A stretch of 63,712 bases of DNA, filler included, from 10 parts of 10 records of this genome joined end to end with filler, not necessarily neighbours in it; one strand, 5' to 3'; positions 1 through 10,127 are shown, counted from the whole stretch's first letter. Notes: generated by a model from the sequence alone, not told the origin. Program-made: numbers and translations.

Positions 1-100
1 TTCGAAACTCGCTTCTCGCAACTCGATACTGCCTCTTCGCACCTTGAAACTTGCAGCTTGTCGCCTGAAACTCTTCTTCGCCCTGACAACCGGATGTCCC

Positions 101-973
101 ATGTTTGCCTTCGTTGAACAGCGTTACCCGACTCTCTGGCCCTATATTCAGCTGATGCGGCTGGATCGCCCCATCGGTACGCTGTTGCTGCTCTGGCCCA
201 CCTTGTGGGCGGTGTGGATTGCCGGGGCGGGCACTCCCAGCCTGACCGTCATTGTGGTGTTTTTCCTCGGTGTGGTGATCATGCGGGCGGCGGGCTGCGT
301 GATTAACGACTTTGCCGACCGGGATTTCGATGGCGACGTGGAACGCACCCAGGGCCGCCCACTGGCCACCGGCGCGCTCAGCGCCAAACAGGCGCTGGCG
401 TTGTTCTGCGGATTGGGCCTGTTGGCCTTTGGCCTCGTCCTGTTCCTCAACGAGCTGACGTTCTGGCTGTCCTTTGGCGGGCTGGGGCTGGCCGTGCTGT
501 ACCCCTTTACCAAGCGTTTCACCTTTATGCCCCAGCTGTTCCTGGGCGCCGCTTTCAGTTGGGCAATTCCCATGGCGTTTGCCGCCGAAACCGGCGAGGT
601 GCCGGAAATCGCCTGGCTGTTGTATGTGGCCAATGTGCTGTGGACTGTGGCCTATGACACCGAATACGCCATGTGCGACCGTGAAGACGACCTGAAGCTG
701 GGCATCAAGAGCACCGCCATCCTGTTCGGCGATGCGGACCGGCTGATGATCGCCATCCTCCAGGGTCTAACCCTGCTGGCACTGATCATGGTCGGCCAGC
801 GGCTGGATTTTAGCTGGCCCTGGTACGTGGGCCTGGCAGGCATGGCGCTGAGCTTTGCCTACCAGCACAGCCTGATCCGCTACCGCGAACGCTGGCCCAG
901 CTTCCACGCCTTCCTGAACAACCACTGGGCCGGGGCCTGCGTGTTTATCGGGCTGTATTTTCAGTATTTTTGA
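101..973 (+). CDS. ubiA: 4-hydroxybenzoate octaprenyltransferase
   Basis: [27 protein letters not shown] and [13 protein letters not shown] motifs; multi-TM; ATG at 101. Confidence 0.95.
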   Translation: MFAFVEQRYPTLWPYIQLMRLDRPIGTLLLLWPTLWAVWIAGAGTPSLTVIVVFFLGVVIMRAAGCVINDFADRDFDGDVERTQGRPLATGALSAKQALALFCGLGLLAFGLVLFLNELTFWLSFGGLGLAVLYPFTKRFTFMPQLFLGAAFSWAIPMAFAAETGEVPEIAWLLYVANVLWTVAYDTEYAMCDREDDLKLGIKSTAILFGDADRLMIAILQGLTLLALIMVGQRLDFSWPWYVGLAGMALSFAYQHSLIRYRERWPSFHAFLNNHWAGACVFIGLYFQYF

Positions 974-1198
974 GAGACGCAGCACGCTGTACGCGCCACG
1001 CAACAACACGAACTACCCCTGCAGGGAACGGGAAACCGCATCACTTCGCGCCGGGGAGTTTCATCTGCGGCCTTCGGCCGAGCCATGCCGGACACCGTAG
1101 AAACCGCCTTTCATGGCTCGCGGCCCTCCACATTTCTGCCCTTTCGTACAAGCCCAGATCCGCGTTGTCGCATGTTGCTTGTTGCATGCTGCGTCTCT
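973..1198. repeat. Intergenic element with heptamer-repeat inverted arms
   Basis: AGAGACGCAGCA (973-984) is the exact reverse complement of 1187-1198; the arms extend imperfectly to about 37 bp; internal hairpins. Confidence 0.6.
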
Positions 1199-1200
1199 AT

Positions 1201-1229
1201 CTGTCATACGGATGTCATAAAAAGGCAAT
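1201..1229 (+). promoter_or_regulatory. Pho box upstream of phoB
   Basis: CTGTCAT-acgg-ATGTCAT-aaaa-AGGCAAT; 11-bp period matching the PhoB consensus. Confidence 0.85.
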
Positions 1230-1289
1230 CTAATAGGGCAACATTCCGGGCAGCGCATGCGCGCCCATGACAGGCAAGGAAGGTAAGCC

Positions 1290-1994
1290 ATGTCCCGTAA
1301 CCGCATTTTGATTGTTGATGACGAGCCCGCCATCCGTGAGATGGTTGCCGTCGCCCTTGAGCTGGCTGATTTCGATGTGCTGGAAGCAGAAAACGCCCAG
1401 CGCGGCCATGAAATCATCGTGGATGAACGCCCGGATCTGGTGCTTCTGGACTGGATGCTGCCATCCGTCACCGGCATCGAACTGGCCCGCCGCCTGAAGC
1501 GTGATGAAACCACCAACGAGGTGCCAATCATCATGCTCACCGCAAAAAGCGAGGAAGATAACAAGATTCAGGGGCTGGACGTGGGGGCCGATGATTACAT
1601 CACCAAGCCTTTCTCCACCCGCGAACTGATCTCGCGTATCAAAGCGGTGCTGCGTCGCGCATCCAGTGTGGCAGCGGAAAAAGCCATTGAGGTGGAAGGG
1701 TTGTGTCTGGACCCGGTCAGCCACCGCATCAGCGCTGACGATTACCCCGTGGACATGGGCCCCACCGAATACCGGTTACTCGAGTTCTTCATGAGTCACC
1801 AGGAGCGCGCCTACTCCCGTACCCAACTGCTCGACCAGGTGTGGGGCGCCAACGTGTACGTGGAAGACCGCACCATCGACGTGCATATCCGCCGGCTGCG
1901 TAAGGCCCTGGCGCCGTTCAACTATGACCGCTTTATCCAGACCGTACGCGGCACCGGCTACCGCTTTTCAGTAAAATCGGCCAAAGCAGGCTGA
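1290..1994 (+). CDS. phoB: Phosphate regulon response regulator PhoB
   Basis: REC + winged helix; LLDWMLP, GPTEYRLLEFFM, RTIDVHIRRLRKAL. Confidence 0.96.
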   Translation: MSRNRILIVDDEPAIREMVAVALELADFDVLEAENAQRGHEIIVDERPDLVLLDWMLPSVTGIELARRLKRDETTNEVPIIMLTAKSEEDNKIQGLDVGADDYITKPFSTRELISRIKAVLRRASSVAAEKAIEVEGLCLDPVSHRISADDYPVDMGPTEYRLLEFFMSHQERAYSRTQLLDQVWGANVYVEDRTIDVHIRRLRKALAPFNYDRFIQTVRGTGYRFSVKSAKAG

Positions 1995-2088
1995 GACAGC
2001 AGCCACGCAGCTGCCTATACTGGAAGCCCATTGTCGGGCCCTCGCCCGACAACCTGCGAACCCGGTAACGAATCGCGGTGACTGACGC

Positions 2089-3399
2089 ATGAAAGCCAGC
2101 CTGGCCAAGGAAGTAAATCGCATTGCCGGCCTGATTTTTCTGGCCACCCTTGCCGCCCTGGCGGTAGGGCACATCTGGCCGCTGCTGGCAGGGCTGGTGG
2201 GGTATATTTTCTGGAGCACCCGCCAACTATTCGCCCTGTACAGCTGGCTGGTTCGCGATGATCACACCGAGCCCCCGGACAGCATCGGCCTGTGGGGCGA
2301 GTTTTATACCCGCCTTGAACATTTATTCCAGAAGGAACGCCGCGCCCAGGAAAACCTGCAGGGTATTATTCATCGCGCCCAGCAATCGGTGAATGCCCTG
2401 GACGACGTGGTCATCCTGATCGACCAACACGGCTACCTGGAATACTGGAACCATGCTGCGGAACGCGCCATGGGCTTCAATGCCGGCCAGGATCTGGGGC
2501 AACCGCTCACTAACCTGATTCGCCACCCCCGCTTCACCGAGTACCTGAACAAGAGCGAGTTTGACGAAGCGCTGGAAATTCCCTCACCGGTGGACGACAA
2601 CCGCATCCTCCAGTTCCGCGTCACCGAGTTTGGTGTCGGCGAACAACTATTGATCGCCCGTGACGTGACCCGCCTGCATCACCTGGAGCAGATGCGCAAA
2701 GACTTCGTCGCCAACGTCAGCCATGAGCTGAAAACCCCGCTAACCGTGCTCAAGGGCTACCTGGAAACCCTGCTCGATACCATCCCCGATGAGCAGGCAC
2801 GCCTGCGCCGGGCGCTGGTGCAGATGGACAACCAGTCCAACCGCATGGAAGCCCTGGTCGCCGACCTGTTGCTGCTGGCCCGGCTGGAAGGCACCGAAGC
2901 CGACAGCGTCCGCCAGGCCGTACCGGTGCACGGCATGCTGAACCGCATGAAAGACAACGCGCTGGCCATCAGCAGCGACAAACACCACCGGATTGAACTG
3001 GATGTGCCCCTGGACGCCCGCCTGATCGCCAACCCCGCCGAACTGGAAAGCGCCTTCGGTAACCTGATTACCAACGCGGTGAAGTACACCCCGGCCGAAG
3101 GTACCATCCACATCCGCTGGTGGCAGGATGCCCACGGCGCTCACCTGTCCGTCACCGACAACGGCATCGGTATCGACCCGGCCCATATCCCCCGGCTGAC
3201 CGAACGTTTTTATCGACCGGACAACAGCCGCGTCACCCAGACCGGCGGCACCGGTTTGGGGCTGGCCATCGTCAAACACGTGATGATCCGCCATAACGGT
3301 CGCCTGGAAATCACCAGCGAACTCAGCAAGGGCAGCACCTTCACCTGCCATTTCCCGGCGGACCGGCTGGTAAGCAAGCCGACAGCGGTTGCGGGGTAA
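2089..3399 (+). CDS. phoR: Phosphate regulon sensor kinase PhoR
   Basis: N-terminal TM, PAS, FVANVSHELKTPLTV H-box, GGTGLGLAIVKH; follows phoB. Confidence 0.95.
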   Translation: MKASLAKEVNRIAGLIFLATLAALAVGHIWPLLAGLVGYIFWSTRQLFALYSWLVRDDHTEPPDSIGLWGEFYTRLEHLFQKERRAQENLQGIIHRAQQSVNALDDVVILIDQHGYLEYWNHAAERAMGFNAGQDLGQPLTNLIRHPRFTEYLNKSEFDEALEIPSPVDDNRILQFRVTEFGVGEQLLIARDVTRLHHLEQMRKDFVANVSHELKTPLTVLKGYLETLLDTIPDEQARLRRALVQMDNQSNRMEALVADLLLLARLEGTEADSVRQAVPVHGMLNRMKDNALAISSDKHHRIELDVPLDARLIANPAELESAFGNLITNAVKYTPAEGTIHIRWWQDAHGAHLSVTDNGIGIDPAHIPRLTERFYRPDNSRVTQTGGTGLGLAIVKHVMIRHNGRLEITSELSKGSTFTCHFPADRLVSKPTAVAG

Positions 3400-3405
3400 A
3401 AACAC

Positions 3406-3549
3406 TGCAGGAGTTCCTCTTGAGGGACGAACCGAGCGTAGCGAGTCTACAGAATAGCCGCCCGCAGCGACCCACTCTTAAACAGAGGCGGCGAGTTCTG
3501 TCCCTTTCCCATTTACTCACGGATTCGCGCCTCAAGAGGCACTCCTACA
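3406..3549. repeat. REPIN-like inverted REP doublet (GTAG family)
   Basis: Left end TGCAGGAGTTCCTCTTGAGGGACGAA; right end reverse complement TGTAGGAGTGCCTCTTGAGGCGCGAA; related to 11583-11743. Confidence 0.7.
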
Positions 3550-3608
3550 GCGGCCTTCTAAAAATATTTGTACCGCGTCTCCATCTGCACAGAGCTTGAG
3601 CGAAACTT

Positions 3609-4193
3609 ATGAAAAGAATCTGCGTCTATTGTGGTTCCAGCCCCGGCAATAATCCGGTCTACATTCAGGCCGCCGAAGCTCTGGCCGATGCATTGGTTAG
3701 TCGTAATATCGGGCTGGTTTATGGCGGCGCCAGCGTCGGCGTGATGGGCGCCATTGCCAACGCAGTGATGCGCCAGGGCGGTGAGGTCATCGGCATTATT
3801 CCGCAGGCCTTGATCCGTCGTGAGATCGGCAATGATCATCTGACGGAACTGCAGGTGGTCGATTCCATGCATGAGCGAAAAGCCGCCATGGCGGATCAGT
3901 CCGACGGCTTTATTGCCCTGCCTGGCGGCATGGGCACCCTGGAGGAAATTTTTGAAATTCTTACCTGGGCACAACTGGGCTTTCACCAAAAACCCTGCGC
4001 GCTGCTAAACGTGAATCACTATTACGATTCCCTTCAGAACTTTCTGGAACACAGTGTGGCGGAAGGCTTCCTGAAAGCGGAGCACCACCAACTTTTGCAA
4101 GCCCACACGGACCCGGCCACACTGCTGGATCATTTTCAGAATTTCTCTCCACCCCCGGTGGATAAATGGCTGAATCGCCAATCTCAGCTGTAA
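3609..4193 (+). CDS. LOG family nucleotide phosphoribohydrolase (TIGR00730-type)
   Basis: ICVYCGSS, SMHERK and PGGMGTLEE motifs. Confidence 0.92.
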   Translation: MKRICVYCGSSPGNNPVYIQAAEALADALVSRNIGLVYGGASVGVMGAIANAVMRQGGEVIGIIPQALIRREIGNDHLTELQVVDSMHERKAAMADQSDGFIALPGGMGTLEEIFEILTWAQLGFHQKPCALLNVNHYYDSLQNFLEHSVAEGFLKAEHHQLLQAHTDPATLLDHFQNFSPPPVDKWLNRQSQL

Positions 4194-4311
4194 CAAAAAC
4201 AATGTGAAAGAAGGTCAAATAGTCGAATCGTTCCGGGCCAACACCAACCGGAACGCGTTACGGTGACATGGACAGTGCAATCACACACCAACCATGGACG
4301 AGGTAACGGTT

Positions 4312-4488
4312 ATGCTTGGATGGGCTCTGACATTTCTTATTGTGGCAATTATTGCCGGCGTGCTCGGCTTTGGCGGCATCGCCTCCGGCGCGGCCTCCAT
4401 TGCCAAAATTATTTTCTTTATCTTTCTGGTATTGCTGGTCATCAGCCTGGTGGCCAATGCGGTGAGAGGCCGCGGCCCGAAGATATGA
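4312..4488 (+). CDS. DUF1328 small membrane protein (YtjA-like)
   Basis: [24 protein letters not shown]...[16 protein letters not shown]. Confidence 0.9.
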   Translation: MLGWALTFLIVAIIAGVLGFGGIASGAASIAKIIFFIFLVLLVISLVANAVRGRGPKI

Positions 4489-4500
4489 CAGTGGCAACAC

Positions 4501-4531
4501 GGGTGGGCTATGACTTGGTCGTAGCCCACCC
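4501..4531. terminator. Hairpin between convergent genes
   Basis: GGGTGGGCTATGAC-ttg-GTCGTAGCCCACCC followed by a T-rich tract. Confidence 0.7.
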
Positions 4532-4586
4532 CTTTCATTTTCTGTTATCGGGTTGCCGTTAATCGACAGCCCCACAGAGGAAAAGG

Positions 4587-5129
4587 TCACGACAACCGTT
4601 GATGCCATTCCTGTAAGGCGACCAGTTGTTTGGCCACCATCTCCCGGGTTTTCTCATCCACCAGATCGCCGTTCTCATCGCATTTCTCATGAGCGGCCGA
4701 GACAAACACTTCCGGTTTGTTCAGTGGATGCATGTCCAGAAACACCAGTACCTGGCGCAAGTGATACTGGCTGCGGCTGGTGCCCATACCGCCCATGGAC
4801 GCGCCCATAATGACCGCTGGCTTACCCGTAAAAATATCACCCGGCACACGCGACAACCAATCGATGGCGTTCTTTAGCACGCCGGGAATCGAGTAATTGT
4901 ATTCGGGGGTGGCAAACAACAAGGCATCCGCCTGAGCTACCTGCTCGGCCAGCGCCATCACAGACGCGGGCCGGTTATCCCCGTCATCATCACCGTTGTA
5001 CAGCGGCAGCGGGGCGATGTCCCCGATGGAGAGGGTCATGCCGGATGGAGCCAGTGCCTGAGCGGCGCGCACCAGACCCCGGTTATAGGATTGCTCCCTG
5101 AGACTGCCTGCTATCGCCAGAACCTTCAT
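4587..5129 (-). CDS. NADPH-dependent FMN reductase (ChrR/YieF-like)
   Basis: GSLREQSYN and TPEYNYSIPGVLKNAIDWLSR. Confidence 0.92.
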   Translation of the reverse strand: MKVLAIAGSLREQSYNRGLVRAAQALAPSGMTLSIGDIAPLPLYNGDDDGDNRPASVMALAEQVAQADALLFATPEYNYSIPGVLKNAIDWLSRVPGDIFTGKPAVIMGASMGGMGTSRSQYHLRQVLVFLDMHPLNKPEVFVSAAHEKCDENGDLVDEKTREMVAKQLVALQEWHQRLS

Positions 5130-5326
5130 ACCATTACTCCCTGTTTCCTGAATCGGTCAGCGCGAAGCCACACTAAAGCGAACGCGCATCTCAGCTTCCT
5201 CCACCCGCGCGCCAGTGACAAGAGATAAGCCTCATCATCGCAGGGCTATTTATCCCCCATATGGGTGACGCATTTCTGTCATGCCCCGCATACAATTCCT
5301 GAACGATTCACGGATACCTGATCGCA

Positions 5327-5815
5327 ATGCCCATTGATATCACCCCCTCCAGCGCGCCCTTTATTCCCGGCCCGGCCCTCTACCAACAGCTGGCTATTCT
5401 CAATGGTTTGTTGATTCTCGGGCTAAGCGACAAAAAAAGTGAATCCCAACAAATCCAGCACCTGAGCCTTGATCACCAACAACACATTACGCTGTTTCGT
5501 GGCAGCAGCCAGAGCCGCTTTGGCATGGCCTTCCGCTTTCATCGTCAGGATGTGGAACAAATTGAAGGGGTAACGCTGGAAGGAGGGCGCGGGCATCTGC
5601 TTTTGCACACCCGGCCCGGTGCGATTCAAAGCCTGACCTTCATGCCTGGCGCCGCCGCCAGTGATAACGGTTACAACGGTGGCACCCGCAACAGCGTTGA
5701 CCTGCTGGTCCCCGCCAAACGGCTGGAGCAGGCGGAAGCCGCGCTCATTCGTATCTTTCGAACGGCCGGCTCTACCTGGTATCCCGATCTACCGCCCCAT
5801 TGGCGAGGCGACTAG
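5327..5815 (+). CDS. Hypothetical protein
   Basis: 162-aa ORF filling the gap between two minus-strand genes; no family recognised. Confidence 0.55.
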   Translation: MPIDITPSSAPFIPGPALYQQLAILNGLLILGLSDKKSESQQIQHLSLDHQQHITLFRGSSQSRFGMAFRFHRQDVEQIEGVTLEGGRGHLLLHTRPGAIQSLTFMPGAAASDNGYNGGTRNSVDLLVPAKRLEQAEAALIRIFRTAGSTWYPDLPPHWRGD

Positions 5816-5821
5816 CAGGTG

Positions 5822-6682
5822 CTATAGCCGTGACGCTTCTGCTGTCAGCGTGCCATCGCGATAATCCCGCAGGGCCTGATTAATTTCGTCCTGGGTATTC
5901 ATCACAAAAGGACCGTACTGGGCAATGGGCTCACCCAGTGGTTTACCCGCCAGCAATAACAAGCGCGCACCTTTCTTTCCCGCCACCAGAGTAACGCTAT
6001 CGCCATCGGTGAAGGTGGCCAGGTGATCACTTTCCAGCGTCGCCTCCACCACACTGACACGGCCCTCGAACAAATACATGAAGGCGTTATAGCCGGACAG
6101 TACAGGCACCGTCAGGGTTTCATCCGGGCGCAGGATCACGTCCAGATACAAGGGATCGGTTTTGCCCCCTTTCAGCGGCGCGCTCAACGTCTGCCCGGCG
6201 ATCGTCACTTCACCGGCGATGGCTTTGACCTGACCGCCACTGGCCAGGTCCAGCCGCGGCATCTCATGGTCGGCAACATCCCGATACCCGGCAGGCTGCA
6301 TTTTTTCCGCCGCCGGCAGGTTGATCCACAATTGAAAACCGCGCAGCAAGCCATCTTTCTGTTGCGGCATTTCTTCATGAATAATGCCACGTCCGGCCGT
6401 CATCCATTGCACGCCACCCTGTTTAAGATCGCCTTCATTGCCCAAGTGATCCCGGTGACGCATATGGCCTTCCACCAGATAGGTGACGGTTTCAAAACCG
6501 CGATGTGGATGCGGCGGAAAACCGGCGATGTAGTCCTCCGGGTTGTCGGAGGAAAATGCATCCAGCATCAGGAACGGGTCCAGGCGCACGGCAGGCGTCG
6601 ACCCCAGTGCCCGCTTCAGCCGAACACCGGCACCGTCGGATGTATCCATCGCCCGAAGCGTATTGAGTATTGTGCGTTCCAT
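5822..6682 (-). CDS. Pirin family protein
   Basis: LDPFLMLD, HPHRGFETVTY, QWMTAGRGIIHEE, QYGPFVMN. Confidence 0.95.
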   Translation of the reverse strand: MERTILNTLRAMDTSDGAGVRLKRALGSTPAVRLDPFLMLDAFSSDNPEDYIAGFPPHPHRGFETVTYLVEGHMRHRDHLGNEGDLKQGGVQWMTAGRGIIHEEMPQQKDGLLRGFQLWINLPAAEKMQPAGYRDVADHEMPRLDLASGGQVKAIAGEVTIAGQTLSAPLKGGKTDPLYLDVILRPDETLTVPVLSGYNAFMYLFEGRVSVVEATLESDHLATFTDGDSVTLVAGKKGARLLLLAGKPLGEPIAQYGPFVMNTQDEINQALRDYRDGTLTAEASRL

Positions 6683-6781
6683 GGGTGCCTCCTGATAAGC
6701 CGTTTCGAGACTCGAGTATCGAGTTTAGAAACGCAAAATACACAATGCTTTTGCCTTTCGATTCTCGTGACTCGTCACTCG

Positions 6782-7786
6782 TTACTGGTTAATAATTTCT
6801 CGCTCGCCCAGACGTTCGCGGCCGTGGGGCGAAGTCCAGTCCAGCTGTGGCCCGATGGAGATAATCCCGTGAGGGTTTACCGTCGGGTGACTGCAAAAAT
6901 AATGATGGCGAATATGCGCCATGTTCACGGTGTCGGCCACACCGGGTAGCTGATATAGCTCTTGCAAGAACCCCTGCAGATTCGGGTAATCACTTATGCG
7001 CTTGCGGTCACACTTGAAATGCGTGACGTAAACCGGGTCAAAACGCACCAGGGTAGTCCACAGCCGAATGTCCGCTTCGGTCAGGGTGTTGCCGACCAGA
7101 TAGCGGCTTTCGCCCAAGCGCTGCTCCAATTCTTCAAGACGGTCGAACAGGGTCACCACCGCTTCGTCATACGCCTCCTGACTGGTGGCAAAACCGCTCT
7201 TGTACACGCCGTTATTCACGTCGTGATACACCCGCTCATTAATGGCATCAATGTCCGACTGGAGCGCTTGTGGATAATAATTTCCCGGCGTAGCACCCAG
7301 AGCATCGAAGCTGGTGTTGAGCATGCGAATGATGTCTGCAGACTCATTGCTGACGATGGTTTCCCGTTGCGTGTCCCAGAGCACCGGCACAGTCACACGG
7401 CCGGTGTAATGACTGTCCGCTTTCAGGTACAGCTCGTACAATTTGCTGAAACCGTACAGGGCATCGCCGGTGGCACCATCAAACCCGTCATCCAGTTCCC
7501 AACCACTTTCCAGCATGTGCGGATGCACCACGGACACACCGATGTGATTCTGCAGCCCTTTCAGGGCACGCATGACCAGGGCGCGATGGGCCCAGGGGCA
7601 CGCATAGGACACATACAAGTGATAACGCCCGCTCTCAGCCGCAAAACCACTGTCTCCCGTGGGCCCGGCACTGCCGTCCGCCGTCACCCAGTTTCGATAC
7701 TGACTTTCCGAGCGCTTGAATCGCCCGCCAGTGCTTTTGGTGTCGTACCACTTGTCTTGCCATTTGCCGTCGACCAACAGTCCCAT
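6782..7786 (-). CDS. yqjG: Glutathionyl-hydroquinone reductase (Xi-class GST, YqjG-like)
   Basis: MGLLVDGKW N-terminus, YVSYACPWAHR, TVPVLWD, NESADI; GGAGG RBS. Confidence 0.9.
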   Translation of the reverse strand: MGLLVDGKWQDKWYDTKSTGGRFKRSESQYRNWVTADGSAGPTGDSGFAAESGRYHLYVSYACPWAHRALVMRALKGLQNHIGVSVVHPHMLESGWELDDGFDGATGDALYGFSKLYELYLKADSHYTGRVTVPVLWDTQRETIVSNESADIIRMLNTSFDALGATPGNYYPQALQSDIDAINERVYHDVNNGVYKSGFATSQEAYDEAVVTLFDRLEELEQRLGESRYLVGNTLTEADIRLWTTLVRFDPVYVTHFKCDRKRISDYPNLQGFLQELYQLPGVADTVNMAHIRHHYFCSHPTVNPHGIISIGPQLDWTSPHGRERLGEREIINQ

Positions 7787-7886
7787 CATTGCCTCCCTAG
7801 ATTGACTATCGAGGAGCGAGTGACGAGAAACAAAAGACAAAACTCTGTCCTGGTTTTCGAAACTCGCAACGCGTCACTCGCGCTTA

Positions 7887-8477
7887 CTAACCCGCCAGCG
7901 CCGCCTGTGCTTCGCTCATGGCTTGCTCTTTCGTCTCGTCACCCATGTTCAACCCCTCTGCGTAAACGAAGTTCACATCAGTGATACCGATAAATCTGAA
8001 GAAAAATTTGATATACGGAGTCACCGTATCGTTCTCTGTGCCGGCATACAGACCACCCCGGGCCGCCAGCACCGTCACGGGTTTGTCGTCCAGCAAACCC
8101 TGCGGGCCATTTTCGGTATAGCGGAAAGTAACACCCGCCCGAGCCACATGATCGATCCAGCTCTTCAACTGGCTGGGAATACCAAAGTTGTACATGGGCA
8201 AACCCAGGACGATGTGATCTGCCGTTTTCAGTTCGTCGATCAGCGCCATAGAAAACGCGTCCACCGCCTGTTGATCCTCACTACGCTGGTCTGCCGGTGT
8301 AAAGAAGGCCCCTACGCGCTCCCCGTCCAAGTGTGGAATCGGGTCTGTGGAAAGATCACGGACCACCACGGTGGCATCCGGGTGCTGTGCTTGCAGCGTC
8401 GCCAACTGGGTATTGACCAGCGCAGACGAGTTACCGTTATCGCCGAAAACACTGCTTTTGATGACCAGAATATTCAT
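7887..8477 (-). CDS. azoR: FMN-dependent NADH-azoreductase
   Basis: PMYNFGIPSQLKSWIDHVARAGVTFRYTENGPQGL, ARGG. Confidence 0.92.
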   Translation of the reverse strand: MNILVIKSSVFGDNGNSSALVNTQLATLQAQHPDATVVVRDLSTDPIPHLDGERVGAFFTPADQRSEDQQAVDAFSMALIDELKTADHIVLGLPMYNFGIPSQLKSWIDHVARAGVTFRYTENGPQGLLDDKPVTVLAARGGLYAGTENDTVTPYIKFFFRFIGITDVNFVYAEGLNMGDETKEQAMSEAQAALAG

Positions 8478-8618
8478 GACCCCAACTCCTTTTTCTGTCT
8501 TTGCATGGTGCGGTCGGCGCCCATGCGCCGACGGGATTGTTTCGATGGGGCTATTGTGGTCTCAGTAAATAAGATATAAAACGGGATAAAACTGCACATT
8601 TAGCTCAGGAATTTCGAT

Positions 8619-9518
8619 ATGTCAGCCAAAATCACGCTGGATCAATGGCACGCCCTGCTCGCCGTGGTGGATGAGGGCGGCTACGCCAGCGCCGCCGAAG
8701 CGCTGGACAAAAGCCAGTCGGCGATCAGTTACGCCGTGCAGAAAATCGAAACCGAGCTGGGGGTGCGCGCCTTCACCCTGGAAGGGCGCCGCGCCAAACT
8801 CACCGAAACCGGGCAAATGCTGTACCGCCAGGCCAAGGTGCTGGTGGAAGAGGCCAGCCGCATCGAAAGTGCCGCCATCCAGCTCAGCCAGGGCTGGGAG
8901 CCGCTGGTACGGGTAGCCGCCGACGGCCTGTTTCCGCAGCACTGCATGCTCTCCGCGCTGGATGCCTTCGCACAGCACAGCCCGCTGACCCGGGTGGAAT
9001 ACAGTGAAACCATCCTGTCCGGCTCCGATGAAGCCTTGTTGCGCAAGGAAGCGGATGTGGTAGTGGGCGGGCGCGTCCCGCCCGGTTTCTTTGGCGACCC
9101 ACTGATGCGAGTGCGTTTTCTGGCGGTGGCCGCCGCCGACCACCCGCTGGCCCAGGCCGAACACCTGACCCACGAAGACCTGCGCCAGCACCGCCAGATC
9201 GTGATACGCGATTCCGGCAGCCGCCGCATTGATTCCGGCTGGCTGGGCGCCGAACAGCGCTGGACCGTCTCCCACGCCACCACCCGTATCGCGGCCATTC
9301 GCCGTGGGCTGGGCTTTGCCTGGGTGCCGGAAGCGGAAATCGGCGACGGCCTGGACACTGGAGCGCTGAAGATACTGGCGCTGGATGAAGGCGTGGAGCG
9401 CATGGTGGACCTGTACCTGATTTACGCCGATGGCCAGTATGCCGGCCAGGCCGCACGCTATCTCGGGGAACGGATTCGCGATGCTGCTGCCTTATCCTGT
9501 CCGGGGGTCACGGTTTAG
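8619..9518 (+). CDS. LysR family transcriptional regulator
   Basis: HTH AAEALDKSQSAISYAVQKIE; divergent from azoR. Confidence 0.93.
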   Translation: MSAKITLDQWHALLAVVDEGGYASAAEALDKSQSAISYAVQKIETELGVRAFTLEGRRAKLTETGQMLYRQAKVLVEEASRIESAAIQLSQGWEPLVRVAADGLFPQHCMLSALDAFAQHSPLTRVEYSETILSGSDEALLRKEADVVVGGRVPPGFFGDPLMRVRFLAVAAADHPLAQAEHLTHEDLRQHRQIVIRDSGSRRIDSGWLGAEQRWTVSHATTRIAAIRRGLGFAWVPEAEIGDGLDTGALKILALDEGVERMVDLYLIYADGQYAGQAARYLGERIRDAAALSCPGVTV

Positions 9519-9599
9519 CCGTCCTCACCCGGACATGACGCACAAGGCGTACAATGCAAGACGTAGATGAGAGTACCAGCTCAACGTCAGGAGATTGCC

Positions 9600-10127
9600 A
9601 TGAAAGGATTACCGATTCAGGCATTATGGGTTTTCGCCGCTACACTGCTGCTCAGCGCCTGTGTCAGCCCGGTGGTGATCGACAGCCAGTCAGGCGCCGA
9701 TTTGCAGCAATACCGCACCTACGCCTTTGTGTCCCAGGACGAGGACAAACCCCGCGAACTGGATGACCAGCGCACCCAGGCCGCCCTGAAAAAAGCGCTG
9801 GCCGCCAAGGGCCTGACGGCCGCCACCGCTGCCCAGGCCGATGTGCAGGTAAAACACTTCTTTAAACGCGAGCAGCGCTTCGATGGCTCCACCTTACAGT
9901 TCGGCTTCGGCTTTACCCGCAACAACATTGGCCTGGGCGCCAGCACTCCCACCGAGGGTGAAATCACCGAGGAATACAAACTGGTGGTGCAACTGATCGA
10001 TCAGCAAAGCAAGGATGTGGTCTGGCAGGCCACCAGCCGCGACGAGCTCCACGACGACATGAGCAGCGAGCGCCGCAGTGCGCATATCGAAAAAGCCGTC
10101 GAGAACATGTTCAAGCGCTACCCGTAA
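9600..10127 (+). CDS. DUF4136 lipoprotein
   Basis: Lipobox LSAC; YRTYAF; LVVQLID..VVWQA; AGGAG RBS. Confidence 0.75.
   Translation: MKGLPIQALWVFAATLLLSACVSPVVIDSQSGADLQQYRTYAFVSQDEDKPRELDDQRTQAALKKALAAKGLTAATAAQADVQVKHFFKREQRFDGSTLQFGFGFTRNNIGLGASTPTEGEITEEYKLVVQLIDQQSKDVVWQATSRDELHDDMSSERRSAHIEKAVENMFKRYP

Noticed and set aside
4265-4300. Two CATGGAC motifs as CsrA/RsmA sites before DUF1328
   Set aside because: Too short to support without conservation data.
5276-5282. Single CTGTCAT as a Pho box
   Set aside because: No second half-site at 11-bp spacing.
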